DNA of 64,000 nucleotides from assembly GCA_902601315.1 (NCBI GenBank), contig CACKMS010000004.1, positions 20,672 to 84,671 of the forward strand. Reading direction: 5' to 3'. The notes under the pieces were generated by a model. That model was not told the origin of the DNA and made no database searches. It was given only the letters and a program-made list of their open reading frames with translations. Position 1 is the stretch's first letter, and every line of letters starts with the position of its first letter. This document shows, in pieces, positions 28,186 to 38,592 of the stretch. A program made the translations under genes and the position numbers. This DNA comes from an uncultured Pelagibacteraceae bacterium. Its GTDB lineage: Bacteria > Pseudomonadota > Alphaproteobacteria > Pelagibacterales > Pelagibacteraceae.

Positions 28186-30855
28186 ATGAAACCTGGATCA
28201 AAAAACTCATATAGCTCTTTATCTGATTTAGAAATCGGTGGAAAAAAATATAAATATTATTCAATTAAAGCTGCTGAAAACAATGGTCTTGATGGGGTAA
28301 GCAAACTTCCAAAATCTCTAAAAGTATTATTAGAAAATTTATTAAGATATGAAGATGATTTAAGTGTTACTAAAAATCAAATTGAAGCTATCAAAGAATG
28401 GCTAAAAACAAAAAAATCAAAAACTGAAATAGCTTATAGACCTGCAAGAGTTTTACTTCAAGATTACACTGGTATTCCAGCAGTTGCAGATCTTGCTGCA
28501 ATGAGAGAAGCTGTTAAAGAAAAAAATAAAGATCCAAATACCATAAACCCTTTATCTTCTGTAGATCTTGTAATAGATCACTCAGTCCAAGTTGATAAAT
28601 TTGCAAGTGCAAATTCTTTAAAAGAAAATGTAGACATTGAATTCAATAGAAATTCTGAGAGATATTCTTTTTTAAAGTGGGGACAGCAAGCATTTAACAA
28701 TTTTAGAATAGTTCCTCCAGGAACAGGAATTTGTCACCAGGTAAACTTAGAATATTTATCTAAAGTTGTTTGGTCAGAAAAATATAAAGATGAGGATTAT
28801 ATTTTTCCAGATACTCTAGTTGGAACAGACAGTCATACTACAATGGTAAATGGCTTGTCAGTTTTAGGATGGGGAGTAGGAGGAATTGAAGCAGAAGCGG
28901 GCATGTTAGGTCAGCCAATATCAATGCTTATTCCAGAAGTAATTGGTTTTGAATTAACTAATAAACTTCCAGAAGGAACTACTGCAACAGATTTAGTTTT
29001 AACAGTTGTTAAAATGCTAAGAGATAAAGGCGTTGTTGGTAAGTTTGTTGAATTTTATGGGGAAGGTTTAAAAAATCTAACTCTTGCAGATCGTGCAACA
29101 ATTGCAAACATGGCACCAGAATATGGTGCAACTTGTGGATTTTTCCCAATTGATGATGAAACTTTAAAATATTTAAACTTTTCAGGAAGAGATAAACAAA
29201 CAGTAGATATTGTTGAAGCTTATGCAAAAGAACAGGGATTATGGGCAAGTGATGGAATTGAATTTACTGATACTGTTTCTTTAGATATGTCAAAAGTGGT
29301 CCCAACTATATCTGGACCTAAGAGACCGCAAGATAAAGTTTTATTAACCGAAGCATCTTCTAACTTTAAAAAAGTTTATGAGGAAATAACTAAAAAGAAA
29401 GAGCCGAGTTCTGCAAAAGTAAGTGGAGAAGATTATAATTTAGAAGATGGAAATATAGTAATTGCAGCAATTACATCTTGTACCAATACATCAAATCCAA
29501 GTGTTTTAATCGGAGCAGGTTTACTTGCAAAAAAAGCAATTAAAAAAGGACTTACCACAAAACCTTGGGTTAAAACATCATTAGCCCCAGGCTCACAAGT
29601 TGTAACAGATTACTTAGCAAAAGCAGGTTTAAATACTTATCTCGATCAACTTGGATTTAATTTAGTAGGTTATGGTTGCACTACTTGTATAGGAAATTCA
29701 GGTCCATTACCTGATAATATTTCTGATGCAATTAGAGATGAAAATATTTATGCAGTTTCAGTTTTATCTGGCAATAGAAACTTTGAAGGAAGAATTTCGC
29801 CTTTAGTTAAAGCAAATTACTTAGCATCACCCCCATTAGTTGTCGCTTACGCAATTGCAGGTTCTATGAACAAAGATTTATACAAAGATCCACTTGGAAA
29901 AGATAAAGAAGGAAATGATGTTTTCTTGAAAGATATTTGGCCAACAAATCAAGAGATAGAAGATACTTTACAAAAATCTTTAAATGCCGAAATGTTTATT
30001 AAAAGATATTCAAATGTTTCAGAAGGACCTGAACAATGGCAAAAAATTAAAACAGAAGAAAGCAGTATTTATAATTGGGAAGATACTTCAACATATGTAA
30101 AGAAACCTCCGTTCTTTGATAATCTTTCTGATGAACCAGAAGGATTTAAAGAAATAAAAGATGCAAGACCTCTCTTAATTTTAGGAGATAGTGTCACAAC
30201 AGACCATATTTCTCCAGCAGGCTCTATTCAAAAAGAAAGTCCAACAGGTGAATACTTTATGAAACACCAAATTCTACCGAAAGATTATAACTCTTATGGA
30301 TCAAGAAGAGGAAATCATGAAGTTATGATGAGAGGAACCTTTGCAAATATTAGAATTAGAAATGAAATGGCACCAGGAACTGAGGGTGGATTTACAAAAT
30401 TATATCCAGAGGAAAAAGTAATGCCTGTTTATGATGCTGTGGTTGAATATAAAAAAAGAGGAACTGATTTAGTTGTTATTGGTGGAAAAGAATATGGCAC
30501 AGGATCCTCAAGAGACTGGGCAGCTAAGGGTACAAAACTTTTAGGTGTTAAAGCTGTTCTTGCTGAAAGCTTTGAAAGAATTCATAGATCAAATTTAATA
30601 GGAATGGGAGTTTTACCTTTACAGTTTGTTGGAGAGATGAATAGGGAGAATTTAAACTTAAAAGGATCTGAACTTATTTCAATTATTGATATTGAAAAAG
30701 GCATTAACCCAAGAGATGAGGTTGAAGTTGAATTTAAATATCAATCTGGAGATATTAAAAAGATCAAAATGTTATGTAGAATAGACACTAAAAATGAATT
30801 GGAATATTATAAAAATGGTGGCATTTTACAGTACGTTTTAAGGAACATGATTTAA
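28186..30855 (+). CDS. acnA: Aconitate hydratase AcnA
   Basis: DHS, GTDSHT, ITSCTNTSN, CTTCIGN, TTDHISP, GSSRDWAAKG. Confidence 0.97.
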   Translation: MKPGSKNSYSSLSDLEIGGKKYKYYSIKAAENNGLDGVSKLPKSLKVLLENLLRYEDDLSVTKNQIEAIKEWLKTKKSKTEIAYRPARVLLQDYTGIPAVADLAAMREAVKEKNKDPNTINPLSSVDLVIDHSVQVDKFASANSLKENVDIEFNRNSERYSFLKWGQQAFNNFRIVPPGTGICHQVNLEYLSKVVWSEKYKDEDYIFPDTLVGTDSHTTMVNGLSVLGWGVGGIEAEAGMLGQPISMLIPEVIGFELTNKLPEGTTATDLVLTVVKMLRDKGVVGKFVEFYGEGLKNLTLADRATIANMAPEYGATCGFFPIDDETLKYLNFSGRDKQTVDIVEAYAKEQGLWASDGIEFTDTVSLDMSKVVPTISGPKRPQDKVLLTEASSNFKKVYEEITKKKEPSSAKVSGEDYNLEDGNIVIAAITSCTNTSNPSVLIGAGLLAKKAIKKGLTTKPWVKTSLAPGSQVVTDYLAKAGLNTYLDQLGFNLVGYGCTTCIGNSGPLPDNISDAIRDENIYAVSVLSGNRNFEGRISPLVKANYLASPPLVVAYAIAGSMNKDLYKDPLGKDKEGNDVFLKDIWPTNQEIEDTLQKSLNAEMFIKRYSNVSEGPEQWQKIKTEESSIYNWEDTSTYVKKPPFFDNLSDEPEGFKEIKDARPLLILGDSVTTDHISPAGSIQKESPTGEYFMKHQILPKDYNSYGSRRGNHEVMMRGTFANIRIRNEMAPGTEGGFTKLYPEEKVMPVYDAVVEYKKRGTDLVVIGGKEYGTGSSRDWAAKGTKLLGVKAVLAESFERIHRSNLIGMGVLPLQFVGEMNRENLNLKGSELISIIDIEKGINPRDEVEVEFKYQSGDIKKIKMLCRIDTKNELEYYKNGGILQYVLRNMI

Positions 30856-31496
30856 TGGACGAAGAAATAGATATTATAAATACCAATACTCGTAACGAAA
30901 GAATTAAGAATTTTTTTATTAATAATAGAAAATCTCTTATTTCAGTTTTTGTTGTTTTAATCTTGATTTTGTGCGGCTATTTTCTTTACGAAGAACTTCA
31001 AACAAGAAAAAAAGCAAAACTTGCTGATCAATATAATTTAGCAGTAATAAAATATGAAAGTGGTCAAACTGATGTCCTTGAGGAATTAAAAACAATTATT
31101 AATGAAAAAGATAGTACTTACTCACCTTTAGCTTTTTATTTCTTAATTGATAATCAGCTCATAACTTCAAATGAGGAAATAAACCAATATTTTGATGTTA
31201 TAATTAATGAAAGTGGACTAGATAAAGAAACTAAAAACCTAAATATATTTAAAAAAGGTTTATTTAATTCAGATTTTGCTAATGAAAATGAGCTTTTAGA
31301 TATTTTAAATCCTGTAATTAAATCGGAAAGTATTTGGAAGCCCCATGGTTTATATTTAATGGCAGAATATTATTTTGCAAATAATCAAAAACAAAAATCT
31401 AAAGAGTTTTTCCAACAGTTAGCAAATCTAGAAAATGCAAGTCAAAAAATTAAAACAGAAGCGCTAAAAAGATTACGTGTAGACTTTGGTGAGTAA
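30855..31496 (+). CDS. YfgM-like TPR membrane protein
   Basis: Single N-terminal TM, helical TPR-like body, located directly upstream of a bamB-like gene. Confidence 0.65.
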   Translation: MDEEIDIINTNTRNERIKNFFINNRKSLISVFVVLILILCGYFLYEELQTRKKAKLADQYNLAVIKYESGQTDVLEELKTIINEKDSTYSPLAFYFLIDNQLITSNEEINQYFDVIINESGLDKETKNLNIFKKGLFNSDFANENELLDILNPVIKSESIWKPHGLYLMAEYYFANNQKQKSKEFFQQLANLENASQKIKTEALKRLRVDFGE

Positions 31497-32763
31497 GTTT
31501 TTTTTATATCTAGTTTTACTTTTATTTTTATCGAATTGTGGTTTTAAGGATAAAAAAGTTGTAGAAAATCCAAATGCTATAACTTTATTTGAAAAATCAA
31601 AACCAATAAAACAAGAATTAAATCCTGCTTTAAATATTAAAATATCAACAATTACAAAGGGTGAGCCCTTTTTATCAAACAATTCAAACAACAGTGGAAA
31701 TTTAGATTTTAACTCAAATTTTGAAAAAGTTTTTTCATATAAATTTTCAACTATTGATCAATTTAAATTTAATCAACCTGAAATATTATTTACCGAAGAT
31801 AACAGTTTAGTGTTTTTTACAGGAAAAGGAGATATCTTTAAAACCTCAACAGATTTTGAAGAATATTGGAAAGTAAATCACTATTCTAAAAAAGAGAAAA
31901 AATTAAAACCAATTTTATATTTTGCACAATCTGGACCTGATATATTGGTACTTGATAATCTTTCAAAAGTTTATTCTATAAAATTAGAAACAGGAGAATT
32001 AAACTGGACCATAGAAAGTAAAGTTGGATTTAATTCAAATGCAAAAATTATTAAAAATAGTGTAGTCGTTGTTGACTTCGATAATGTTATTCGAGCCTTT
32101 TCAGTAAAAGATGGAAAAGAGCTATGGAATTTTGATACTGATAATCCATTTATTAAATCTCAAAAAAAATTATCTCTTATAACAAAAGGAGAAGTCGTAT
32201 TTTTTATAAACAGTATTGGTGATGTAACTGCTTTAAATGTTAATGATGGAAGTTTAGTTTGGCAAACACCCACACAAAGCACATTAATTTTCCAAGATGC
32301 ATTTACGTTAGAAAATTCAGATATTATTTTTGCAAATGATACAATTTATTTTTCAAATAATAGAAATGAGTTTTTTGCAATTGATGCAAGATCAGGTGTT
32401 TTAAAATACAAACAAACTATCAATTCAAGTTTAAGACCAACCGTTATTGAAGATTATGTTTTTTCAATTTCAAAAGAAGGTTTTTTATTTATAATCGATG
32501 ATAAAACCGGAAATGTTTTAAGGATTACAAACATATTTAAAAATATCGAAAATAAGAAAAATCAAATTGAACCTACTGGATTTATCCTTGCGCAAAATAA
32601 GGTTTATGTCTCTTTAAATAATGGAAAATTGATAAAGTTGAACGCTGTTTCAGGAAATGAGGAAGGGTTTTATAAAATAGGAAAATCAAGAATTAATAGA
32701 CCTAACGTTTTTGATGATGGCATGTTCATTTTAAAGAGTAATGCTATTATTAAAGTTGAATAA
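31486..32763 (+). CDS. bamB: PQQ-like beta-propeller lipoprotein (BamB-like)
   Basis: Lipobox LSNC; repeated ..GE/GK/GS.L.W motifs. Start may instead be the GTG at 31489. Confidence 0.7.
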   Translation: MVSKFFLYLVLLLFLSNCGFKDKKVVENPNAITLFEKSKPIKQELNPALNIKISTITKGEPFLSNNSNNSGNLDFNSNFEKVFSYKFSTIDQFKFNQPEILFTEDNSLVFFTGKGDIFKTSTDFEEYWKVNHYSKKEKKLKPILYFAQSGPDILVLDNLSKVYSIKLETGELNWTIESKVGFNSNAKIIKNSVVVVDFDNVIRAFSVKDGKELWNFDTDNPFIKSQKKLSLITKGEVVFFINSIGDVTALNVNDGSLVWQTPTQSTLIFQDAFTLENSDIIFANDTIYFSNNRNEFFAIDARSGVLKYKQTINSSLRPTVIEDYVFSISKEGFLFIIDDKTGNVLRITNIFKNIENKKNQIEPTGFILAQNKVYVSLNNGKLIKLNAVSGNEEGFYKIGKSRINRPNVFDDGMFILKSNAIIKVE

Positions 32764-33194
32764 TGTTTTTAAAATTACTTGAAAAGTTAGGGCGAAAAAA
32801 AGTTGTTTTAGATAGAGGCCCTTCACATCCAAATTACGATCAGGCAAAACCCTGGATGAATAGATATTACGTTTTATTTAGACACAGACCTAGATGGTTT
32901 CCATTTAATATTTTAATTCATGAAATGCTAGATGATGATCATGGAGATGGTGTTCATAATCATTTATTTCCTTATATGACAATTGTTATTAGAGAGGGTT
33001 ATTGGGAAACTACAATTAAAGGTAAGTTTTGGAGAAGACCAGGTTACATTGGTTTTCGCTCAGCCAATGCATTTCACAGAGTTGACCTTAAACCAGGAAC
33101 AAGACCGATGACAATTTTTTTTTCAGGTCCATTTGGTTTAAGAAAAGGTCCAAGATCAGAGTACGGTATTGATTTTAAAACTAAAAAAAATTAA
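32763..33194 (+). CDS. Cupin-like hypothetical protein
   Basis: HNH...GYWE and FHRV motifs; translationally coupled (TAATG) on both sides. Confidence 0.6.
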   Translation: MFLKLLEKLGRKKVVLDRGPSHPNYDQAKPWMNRYYVLFRHRPRWFPFNILIHEMLDDDHGDGVHNHLFPYMTIVIREGYWETTIKGKFWRRPGYIGFRSANAFHRVDLKPGTRPMTIFFSGPFGLRKGPRSEYGIDFKTKKN

Positions 33195-34243
33195 TGCCAA
33201 AGACATTTGAGAAAGATTTTATATCTTATTGTAATAATCAAGAACTAGAGGTTAACCCAAATCAAATTGCAGTTATAAAAAAACTAGAGCAATATTACCA
33301 ATCAAATTTTAAATCCTTTTTTTCAAAGTTATTTTCAAAACAAAATTCCAAAAAAGGTTTTTATTTATTTGGAGGTGTAGGCGTTGGAAAAACAATGATT
33401 TTGAATTTTTTTTTTGATCAAGTAGATCAAAAAAAATTAAGACAACACTTTAATGAGTTTATGTTAAGTTTTCATGATTTTGTTCATGAACGAAAAGATA
33501 AAAACGAAGAAAATGTAATCAATCAATTTGTTAAAAACCTTAAATCAAAAGCTTCGTTAATTTATTTTGACGAGTTTCAAGTAACTAATATTGTAGATGC
33601 AATGATTTTAGGTAAATTATTTGATCAAATATTTAAAGAGGATATAAAAATTATTGTAACTTCAAATATTAAAATCTCAGAATTATATAAAGACGGTCTT
33701 CAGCGAGATCAGTTTAAACCTTTCATAAAAATTATGGAAGATCAATCAATTGAACACGAACTTAAAATTGAGGATGATTATAGAAAATCTAATGATAATC
33801 AAAAACAAAGATATTTTTATCCTTTAAACCAGGAGACAAACTTTAAGATTAATAAATTTTTTAGAACAATTACAAAAGATAAAAATCAATCTAAAATTAC
33901 AGTCAATGTAAAAGGAAGAGATTTTAAAATAGAAAATTTTTATGAAGGAATTGCAAGATTTAATTTCAACGATCTTTGTGATCAAAATTTAGGTGCAGAA
34001 GATTACTTAGAAATAATTAAAAACTGTAAATTTATTGTAATAGATCAAATTCCACAATTTAATGATACCAATTCAAACCAACAACAGAGATTTATTACTC
34101 TACTAGATGTAATTTATGATAAAGATATTTCAATTGCAGTAACAAGTAATCAAAGTTTAGATGAGTTTACTTCATCAAGATTATTAGAAAAACCGTTTAA
34201 ACGTACTATAAGTCGTTTATATGAACTAACATCTAGAGAATAA
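33194..34243 (+). CDS. zapE: AFG1/ZapE family ATPase
   Basis: GGVGVGKT, HFNEFM, FDEFQV..IVDAMILG, TSN, RFITLLD, RTISRL. Confidence 0.92.
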   Translation: MPKTFEKDFISYCNNQELEVNPNQIAVIKKLEQYYQSNFKSFFSKLFSKQNSKKGFYLFGGVGVGKTMILNFFFDQVDQKKLRQHFNEFMLSFHDFVHERKDKNEENVINQFVKNLKSKASLIYFDEFQVTNIVDAMILGKLFDQIFKEDIKIIVTSNIKISELYKDGLQRDQFKPFIKIMEDQSIEHELKIEDDYRKSNDNQKQRYFYPLNQETNFKINKFFRTITKDKNQSKITVNVKGRDFKIENFYEGIARFNFNDLCDQNLGAEDYLEIIKNCKFIVIDQIPQFNDTNSNQQQRFITLLDVIYDKDISIAVTSNQSLDEFTSSRLLEKPFKRTISRLYELTSRE

Positions 34244-34248
34244 TATTT

Positions 34249-34668
34249 ATGAAACAGGAATTTTTTAATCTTCAAGTAAACACAAATGGACAAAAATTAT
34301 ATGAATTTACTGATGAAACAATTAATTGGATAAGTAAAAATAATTTTAAAAATGGAATGTTGAATTTAAGTATTCAGCACACCAGTGCATCCCTAATTGT
34401 TCAAGAAAATGCAGATCCAGATGTTCAAACAGATTTAATTAATTATTTTGATAAATTAGCTCCTATGGATAACAAATTATATGTTCACACCACCGAAGGA
34501 AAAGATGATATGCCTGCTCACATAAAATCAGCATTGACAAATAATCAAATCTCCTTGAGTATTAAAGATAGTCATTTGTTACTTGGAACATGGCAGGGTT
34601 TATATTTATTTGAACATAGGCTTACCCCACAAAAAAGAAAAATTATCCATCACTTTTTAGGAAAATAG
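34249..34668 (+). CDS. yjbQ: YjbQ / UPF0047 protein
   Basis: HTSASL..QENADPDV, DDMPAHIKS, LGTWQG.YL.EH. Confidence 0.92.
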   Translation: MKQEFFNLQVNTNGQKLYEFTDETINWISKNNFKNGMLNLSIQHTSASLIVQENADPDVQTDLINYFDKLAPMDNKLYVHTTEGKDDMPAHIKSALTNNQISLSIKDSHLLLGTWQGLYLFEHRLTPQKRKIIHHFLGK

Positions 34669-34674
34669 GAAAAT

Positions 34675-36093
34675 TTATTTCCTTAAACTTTGAAAAGCAT
34701 TTAAAGCTGCAGCTCGTGCCTCTTCATGAACAACAATCGGTTTAGGATAATCTTTTCCAATTATAGTGTTTATTGCATTTTGGTATTTAATTTCCATTTC
34801 CCAAGGTTTGTGTATAAATTTTGATGGAACTTTACTTAACTCTGGTACCCATTTTTTTACATATAATCCCTCTTTATCAAATTTTTCACCCTGCAGTATT
34901 GGATTAAAAATTCTAAAGTAAGGAGCTGCATCAGCACCACATCCTGCAACCCATTGCCATTGTGCAACATTATTAGCCTCATTAAAATCTAGTAAACAAT
35001 TTCTGAAATATTTTTCACCTTCTTTCCAATTAATTCTTAAATGTTTAACTAAAAATGATCCAACTACCATTCTAATTCTGTTATGCATCCAACCTGTTTC
35101 ATAAAGTTCTCGCATTCCTGCATCAACAATTGGATAACCGGTCATACCCTGTTTCCATGCTTTAAGATTTTTAGAATTTTTTTCCCATGGAAATTTATCA
35201 AATTCCTTTCTTAAGTTTCCTTTTAACATTTGTGGGAAATAATTAATTAAACTGTGAGAAAATTCTCTCCATCCCAGTTCATTAATATATTTTCTAATAC
35301 TTATATTTTTTTTAATATCCTTTGAGCTTTTTTCATATATTGCAGCTACGTGTATTTGACCGTTTCTAATATAGGGAGATAATCTTGAAGATCCATTTAT
35401 TGATGGATAATCTCTATCAACACCATATTTTGAAATTCTGTTACTTATAAATTCTTTTAAGTTTTTGTGAGCTTCACCCTCAGATGGCTTCCAATATTGA
35501 TCAAACTTTTTAAACCAATCTTTTTTAGGCATAATTTGTTTAAAATTATCTTTAGAATTAAATAAAGTTTTTTTACTTTTTAACTTTTTTATCTCTGACG
35601 TTTTTTGTGGAACTGCATCCAGAAATACTTGTTCCGCATTTCTCCAAAAGGGACTGAAAACCTTAAAGGGTGTTCCATCATTTTTAGTAATTGATTGATA
35701 TTCGTTTAAAATATTTCCTTTGAAAAATTTAAATGGAATATCTTTTTTTTCTAAAATTTTTTCTATTTCTTTATCTAACTTTAAATGATCTGGTTCATAA
35801 ACCTTATTCCAATAAATCGATATTTTATCTTTTGTCTTTAATTTTGAGTAAAATGAAGTTTCATCAGAAATAATTGTCTCTAACTTGATGTTAAATTTTT
35901 CTAGATCATTTGAAAAACTCTCCAGTGATTTACTAATCCACCATCTTTGAGCTTCTCTTTTTCCATCAAAATACTCTTTATTATGTATGTAAATAGCAGT
36001 TACAGCATCATGATTTTTACAAGCGTACGATAGAGCATGATTATTTCTAATTCTAAAATCATCCCTTATCCAAACAACAGCACAATCAGACAT
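34675..36093 (-). CDS. phrB: Deoxyribodipyrimidine photolyase (class I CPD)
   Basis: SRLSPY, WREF, TGYPIVDAGMREL..TGWMHNR.RM, WQWVAG, RIFNP. Confidence 0.93.
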   Translation of the reverse strand: MSDCAVVWIRDDFRIRNNHALSYACKNHDAVTAIYIHNKEYFDGKREAQRWWISKSLESFSNDLEKFNIKLETIISDETSFYSKLKTKDKISIYWNKVYEPDHLKLDKEIEKILEKKDIPFKFFKGNILNEYQSITKNDGTPFKVFSPFWRNAEQVFLDAVPQKTSEIKKLKSKKTLFNSKDNFKQIMPKKDWFKKFDQYWKPSEGEAHKNLKEFISNRISKYGVDRDYPSINGSSRLSPYIRNGQIHVAAIYEKSSKDIKKNISIRKYINELGWREFSHSLINYFPQMLKGNLRKEFDKFPWEKNSKNLKAWKQGMTGYPIVDAGMRELYETGWMHNRIRMVVGSFLVKHLRINWKEGEKYFRNCLLDFNEANNVAQWQWVAGCGADAAPYFRIFNPILQGEKFDKEGLYVKKWVPELSKVPSKFIHKPWEMEIKYQNAINTIIGKDYPKPIVVHEEARAAALNAFQSLRK

Positions 36094-36095
36094 AT

Positions 36096-37235
36096 TTAGA
36101 TCTTCTTTAAACCTTGAGACAATAGCTTATTATACAATGTAGCATCTGCATTACCTTCACATCCCATAACGAGTACATTTGATTTTTCATTAAGCGCCAA
36201 AAGATTTTTAATTTTTTTATCGTTACATACAGCTATTAAACTTATTATCCCAGGTGTTGCACATTCACCACCTGTAATTTTTTTATTACTGAACTTTGAT
36301 TTAGCTAACATTGCAACTGTATTTGATACTTTTGAATCATCTATTGTTATACAATGATTTACAGATTTATTTAAAATGTTCCAAGGTACCAGGGACATTT
36401 CGTTACACGACATTCCTCCCATAATACTTTCTTTTTTAATTTTAATTTTTTTCATTTTTTTAGCTTCAATACTTTTTAAAACACAGGCTGCATCTTTTGG
36501 TTCAACTACAATTATCTTTGGAATTCTTTTAAAATATCTTGCAATACCCGCCACAGATCCAGCCGCCATCCCTCCAACACCTGCTTGGAGAAAAACATGG
36601 GTAATGTACTGATTTGTTTGTTTAGATATTTCTTTAATCATTATTGAATAACCTGCCATTGTAAGTTGAGGCACATATTTATAATTTTTATTAGAGACAT
36701 CCTGAACAATATGCCACTTATTTTTTTTAGTTTGTCTTATGCATTCGTTTAAAGAACTTTCATAATCACCTTTTACTCTTGTAACAACAGCTCCAAATTT
36801 TTCTATTTCTTTAACTCTTGTCTCGCTAACGTACTGACTAACAAATATTCTACATTCAAGACCCAACCTTTGAGCTCCCCAGGCAACTGATCTTCCATGG
36901 TTTCCTGCTGTTGCTGATGAAATTACAATATTTTTTTTTCCTTTTGAGATATCTTCAACTGCATAAGCACCACCCAAGGCTTTAAAAGATTTTAAATGAA
37001 ATCTTTTAGACTCGTCTTTATAAAAAATATTTTTAAGCTTAAGATTTTTGTTAAGTTTATTTAATTTAAGCAGTGGAGTAGGCGAGTAACTTTTCCACTT
37101 TGATATTTTTTTATAAGCTTTATCTATAAATTGTTTAGATAAATATTTAAGTACTAATTTTCTTGAAAAATTATATCTTTTGTTAGATAAAAATTTTGAA
37201 TATTTCCAAGAAGAAATTTTAGCCAATTCCTTCAT
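36096..37235 (-). CDS. dpaL: Diaminopropionate ammonia-lyase family (PLP fold II)
   Basis: KDESKRF..SFKALGG, TAGNHGRSVAW, QAGVGG, SIMGGMSC, GGEC. Confidence 0.8.
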   Translation of the reverse strand: MKELAKISSWKYSKFLSNKRYNFSRKLVLKYLSKQFIDKAYKKISKWKSYSPTPLLKLNKLNKNLKLKNIFYKDESKRFHLKSFKALGGAYAVEDISKGKKNIVISSATAGNHGRSVAWGAQRLGLECRIFVSQYVSETRVKEIEKFGAVVTRVKGDYESSLNECIRQTKKNKWHIVQDVSNKNYKYVPQLTMAGYSIMIKEISKQTNQYITHVFLQAGVGGMAAGSVAGIARYFKRIPKIIVVEPKDAACVLKSIEAKKMKKIKIKKESIMGGMSCNEMSLVPWNILNKSVNHCITIDDSKVSNTVAMLAKSKFSNKKITGGECATPGIISLIAVCNDKKIKNLLALNEKSNVLVMGCEGNADATLYNKLLSQGLKKI

Positions 37236-37236
37236 G

Positions 37237-38562
37237 TTAACAGTCTAATGTGTTAGCTCTTTCCCAATTTGTAATAGGTTTTCTTTTATTAAATACTTCT
37301 TTTCTTTTAAAATTTGATAATTCCGTTTTTTTCAATTTTAAATAACTTTTAATTACATCTTTTCCAAAAGCGTTATTTAACATTTTATTTTTTTCTAACA
37401 TACCCAATGCTTGGCCTATATCATTTGGAAGTTTTGCAAGGTTTGGATATTTTTTATAATCTGTATACATATTACAATGAAGAGGCTTACCAGGGTTAAT
37501 TTTTTTATTAATTCCCTCTATTCCTGCTGCTAGAACCCCTGCTTGTAATAAGTATGGATTTGCTGAGCCATCCATTAATCTTAATTCAAATCTTCCTTGA
37601 TCAGGAACTCTAATCATGTGTGTTCTATTATTCCCTGTATAAGAAATACTACTTGGAGACCAGGTTGCGCCTGATTTTGTTGGTGGTGCATTTATTCTTC
37701 TATAACTGTTGATAGTTGGGTTAAAAAAAGCTGATAAAGGTTGAGCATTTTTAATTAAACCACCAAGAAAGTTATAAGCTAATTTACTAAGTCCTAATTT
37801 ATCTTTTTTATCTAAAAATTTATTTACTCCACCACTCCAAACAGAGACATGAGCATGACAACCATTTCCGGTCAAATTGTTAAAAGGTTTTGGCATGAAA
37901 GTAGCTCTTAATCCGTGTTTCTCAGCAAGATTTTTTACCATGAATTTAAAGAACACATGTCTATCTGCAGTAACAAGACTATCAGAGTAATCCCAGTTCA
38001 TTTCAAACTGACCATTCGCATCTTCATGATCGTTTTGGTATGGTTTCCAACCAAGCTCAATCATGCTGTCACAAATTTCTTTAATTAGATCATATCTTCT
38101 CATTAACGCAGATTGGTCATAACAAGGTTTTGACTGTGTATCTCTTGGATCAGCTATAGATAAACCATCTTCAGAAATTAAAAAATATTCACATTCAACA
38201 CCTGACTTCATTTGAAGTTTTTTGGCTTTTAATTTTTGAATTTGATTTTTAAGCATTACTCTTGGTGATGCTTCAACTGGTTTTCCATCCATATATAAAT
38301 CAGATGCAAGCCATCCAATTTCTTTATTCCAAGGTAATTGAATTAAACTATCTGGATCAGGTATTGCAAACATATCACTATCAGCAGGTGTCATGTCTAA
38401 CCAGGTTGCAAATCCTGCAAATCCTGCACCATTCTTTTGCATTTCAGCAATTGCTTGAGCAGGAACTAATTTTGATCTTAATACTCCAAACAGATCAACA
38501 AAACTAATTAAAAAGTATTTTATTTTTTTTTGTTTAGCAATTTGTGAAAGATTTTTTGGCAT
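37237..38562 (-). CDS. gmaS: Gamma-glutamylmethylamide synthetase (GlnT-like), set 1
   Basis: RSKLVPA, GAGFAGFATW, KPCYDQ, NDHEDANGQFEMN, SGATWSP, NNRTHMIR. Confidence 0.9.
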   Translation of the reverse strand: MPKNLSQIAKQKKIKYFLISFVDLFGVLRSKLVPAQAIAEMQKNGAGFAGFATWLDMTPADSDMFAIPDPDSLIQLPWNKEIGWLASDLYMDGKPVEASPRVMLKNQIQKLKAKKLQMKSGVECEYFLISEDGLSIADPRDTQSKPCYDQSALMRRYDLIKEICDSMIELGWKPYQNDHEDANGQFEMNWDYSDSLVTADRHVFFKFMVKNLAEKHGLRATFMPKPFNNLTGNGCHAHVSVWSGGVNKFLDKKDKLGLSKLAYNFLGGLIKNAQPLSAFFNPTINSYRRINAPPTKSGATWSPSSISYTGNNRTHMIRVPDQGRFELRLMDGSANPYLLQAGVLAAGIEGINKKINPGKPLHCNMYTDYKKYPNLAKLPNDIGQALGMLEKNKMLNNAFGKDVIKSYLKLKKTELSNFKRKEVFNKRKPITNWERANTLDC

Positions 38563-38592
38563 ATTAAAAGCTATTAAAATTCAAATTCTTAA

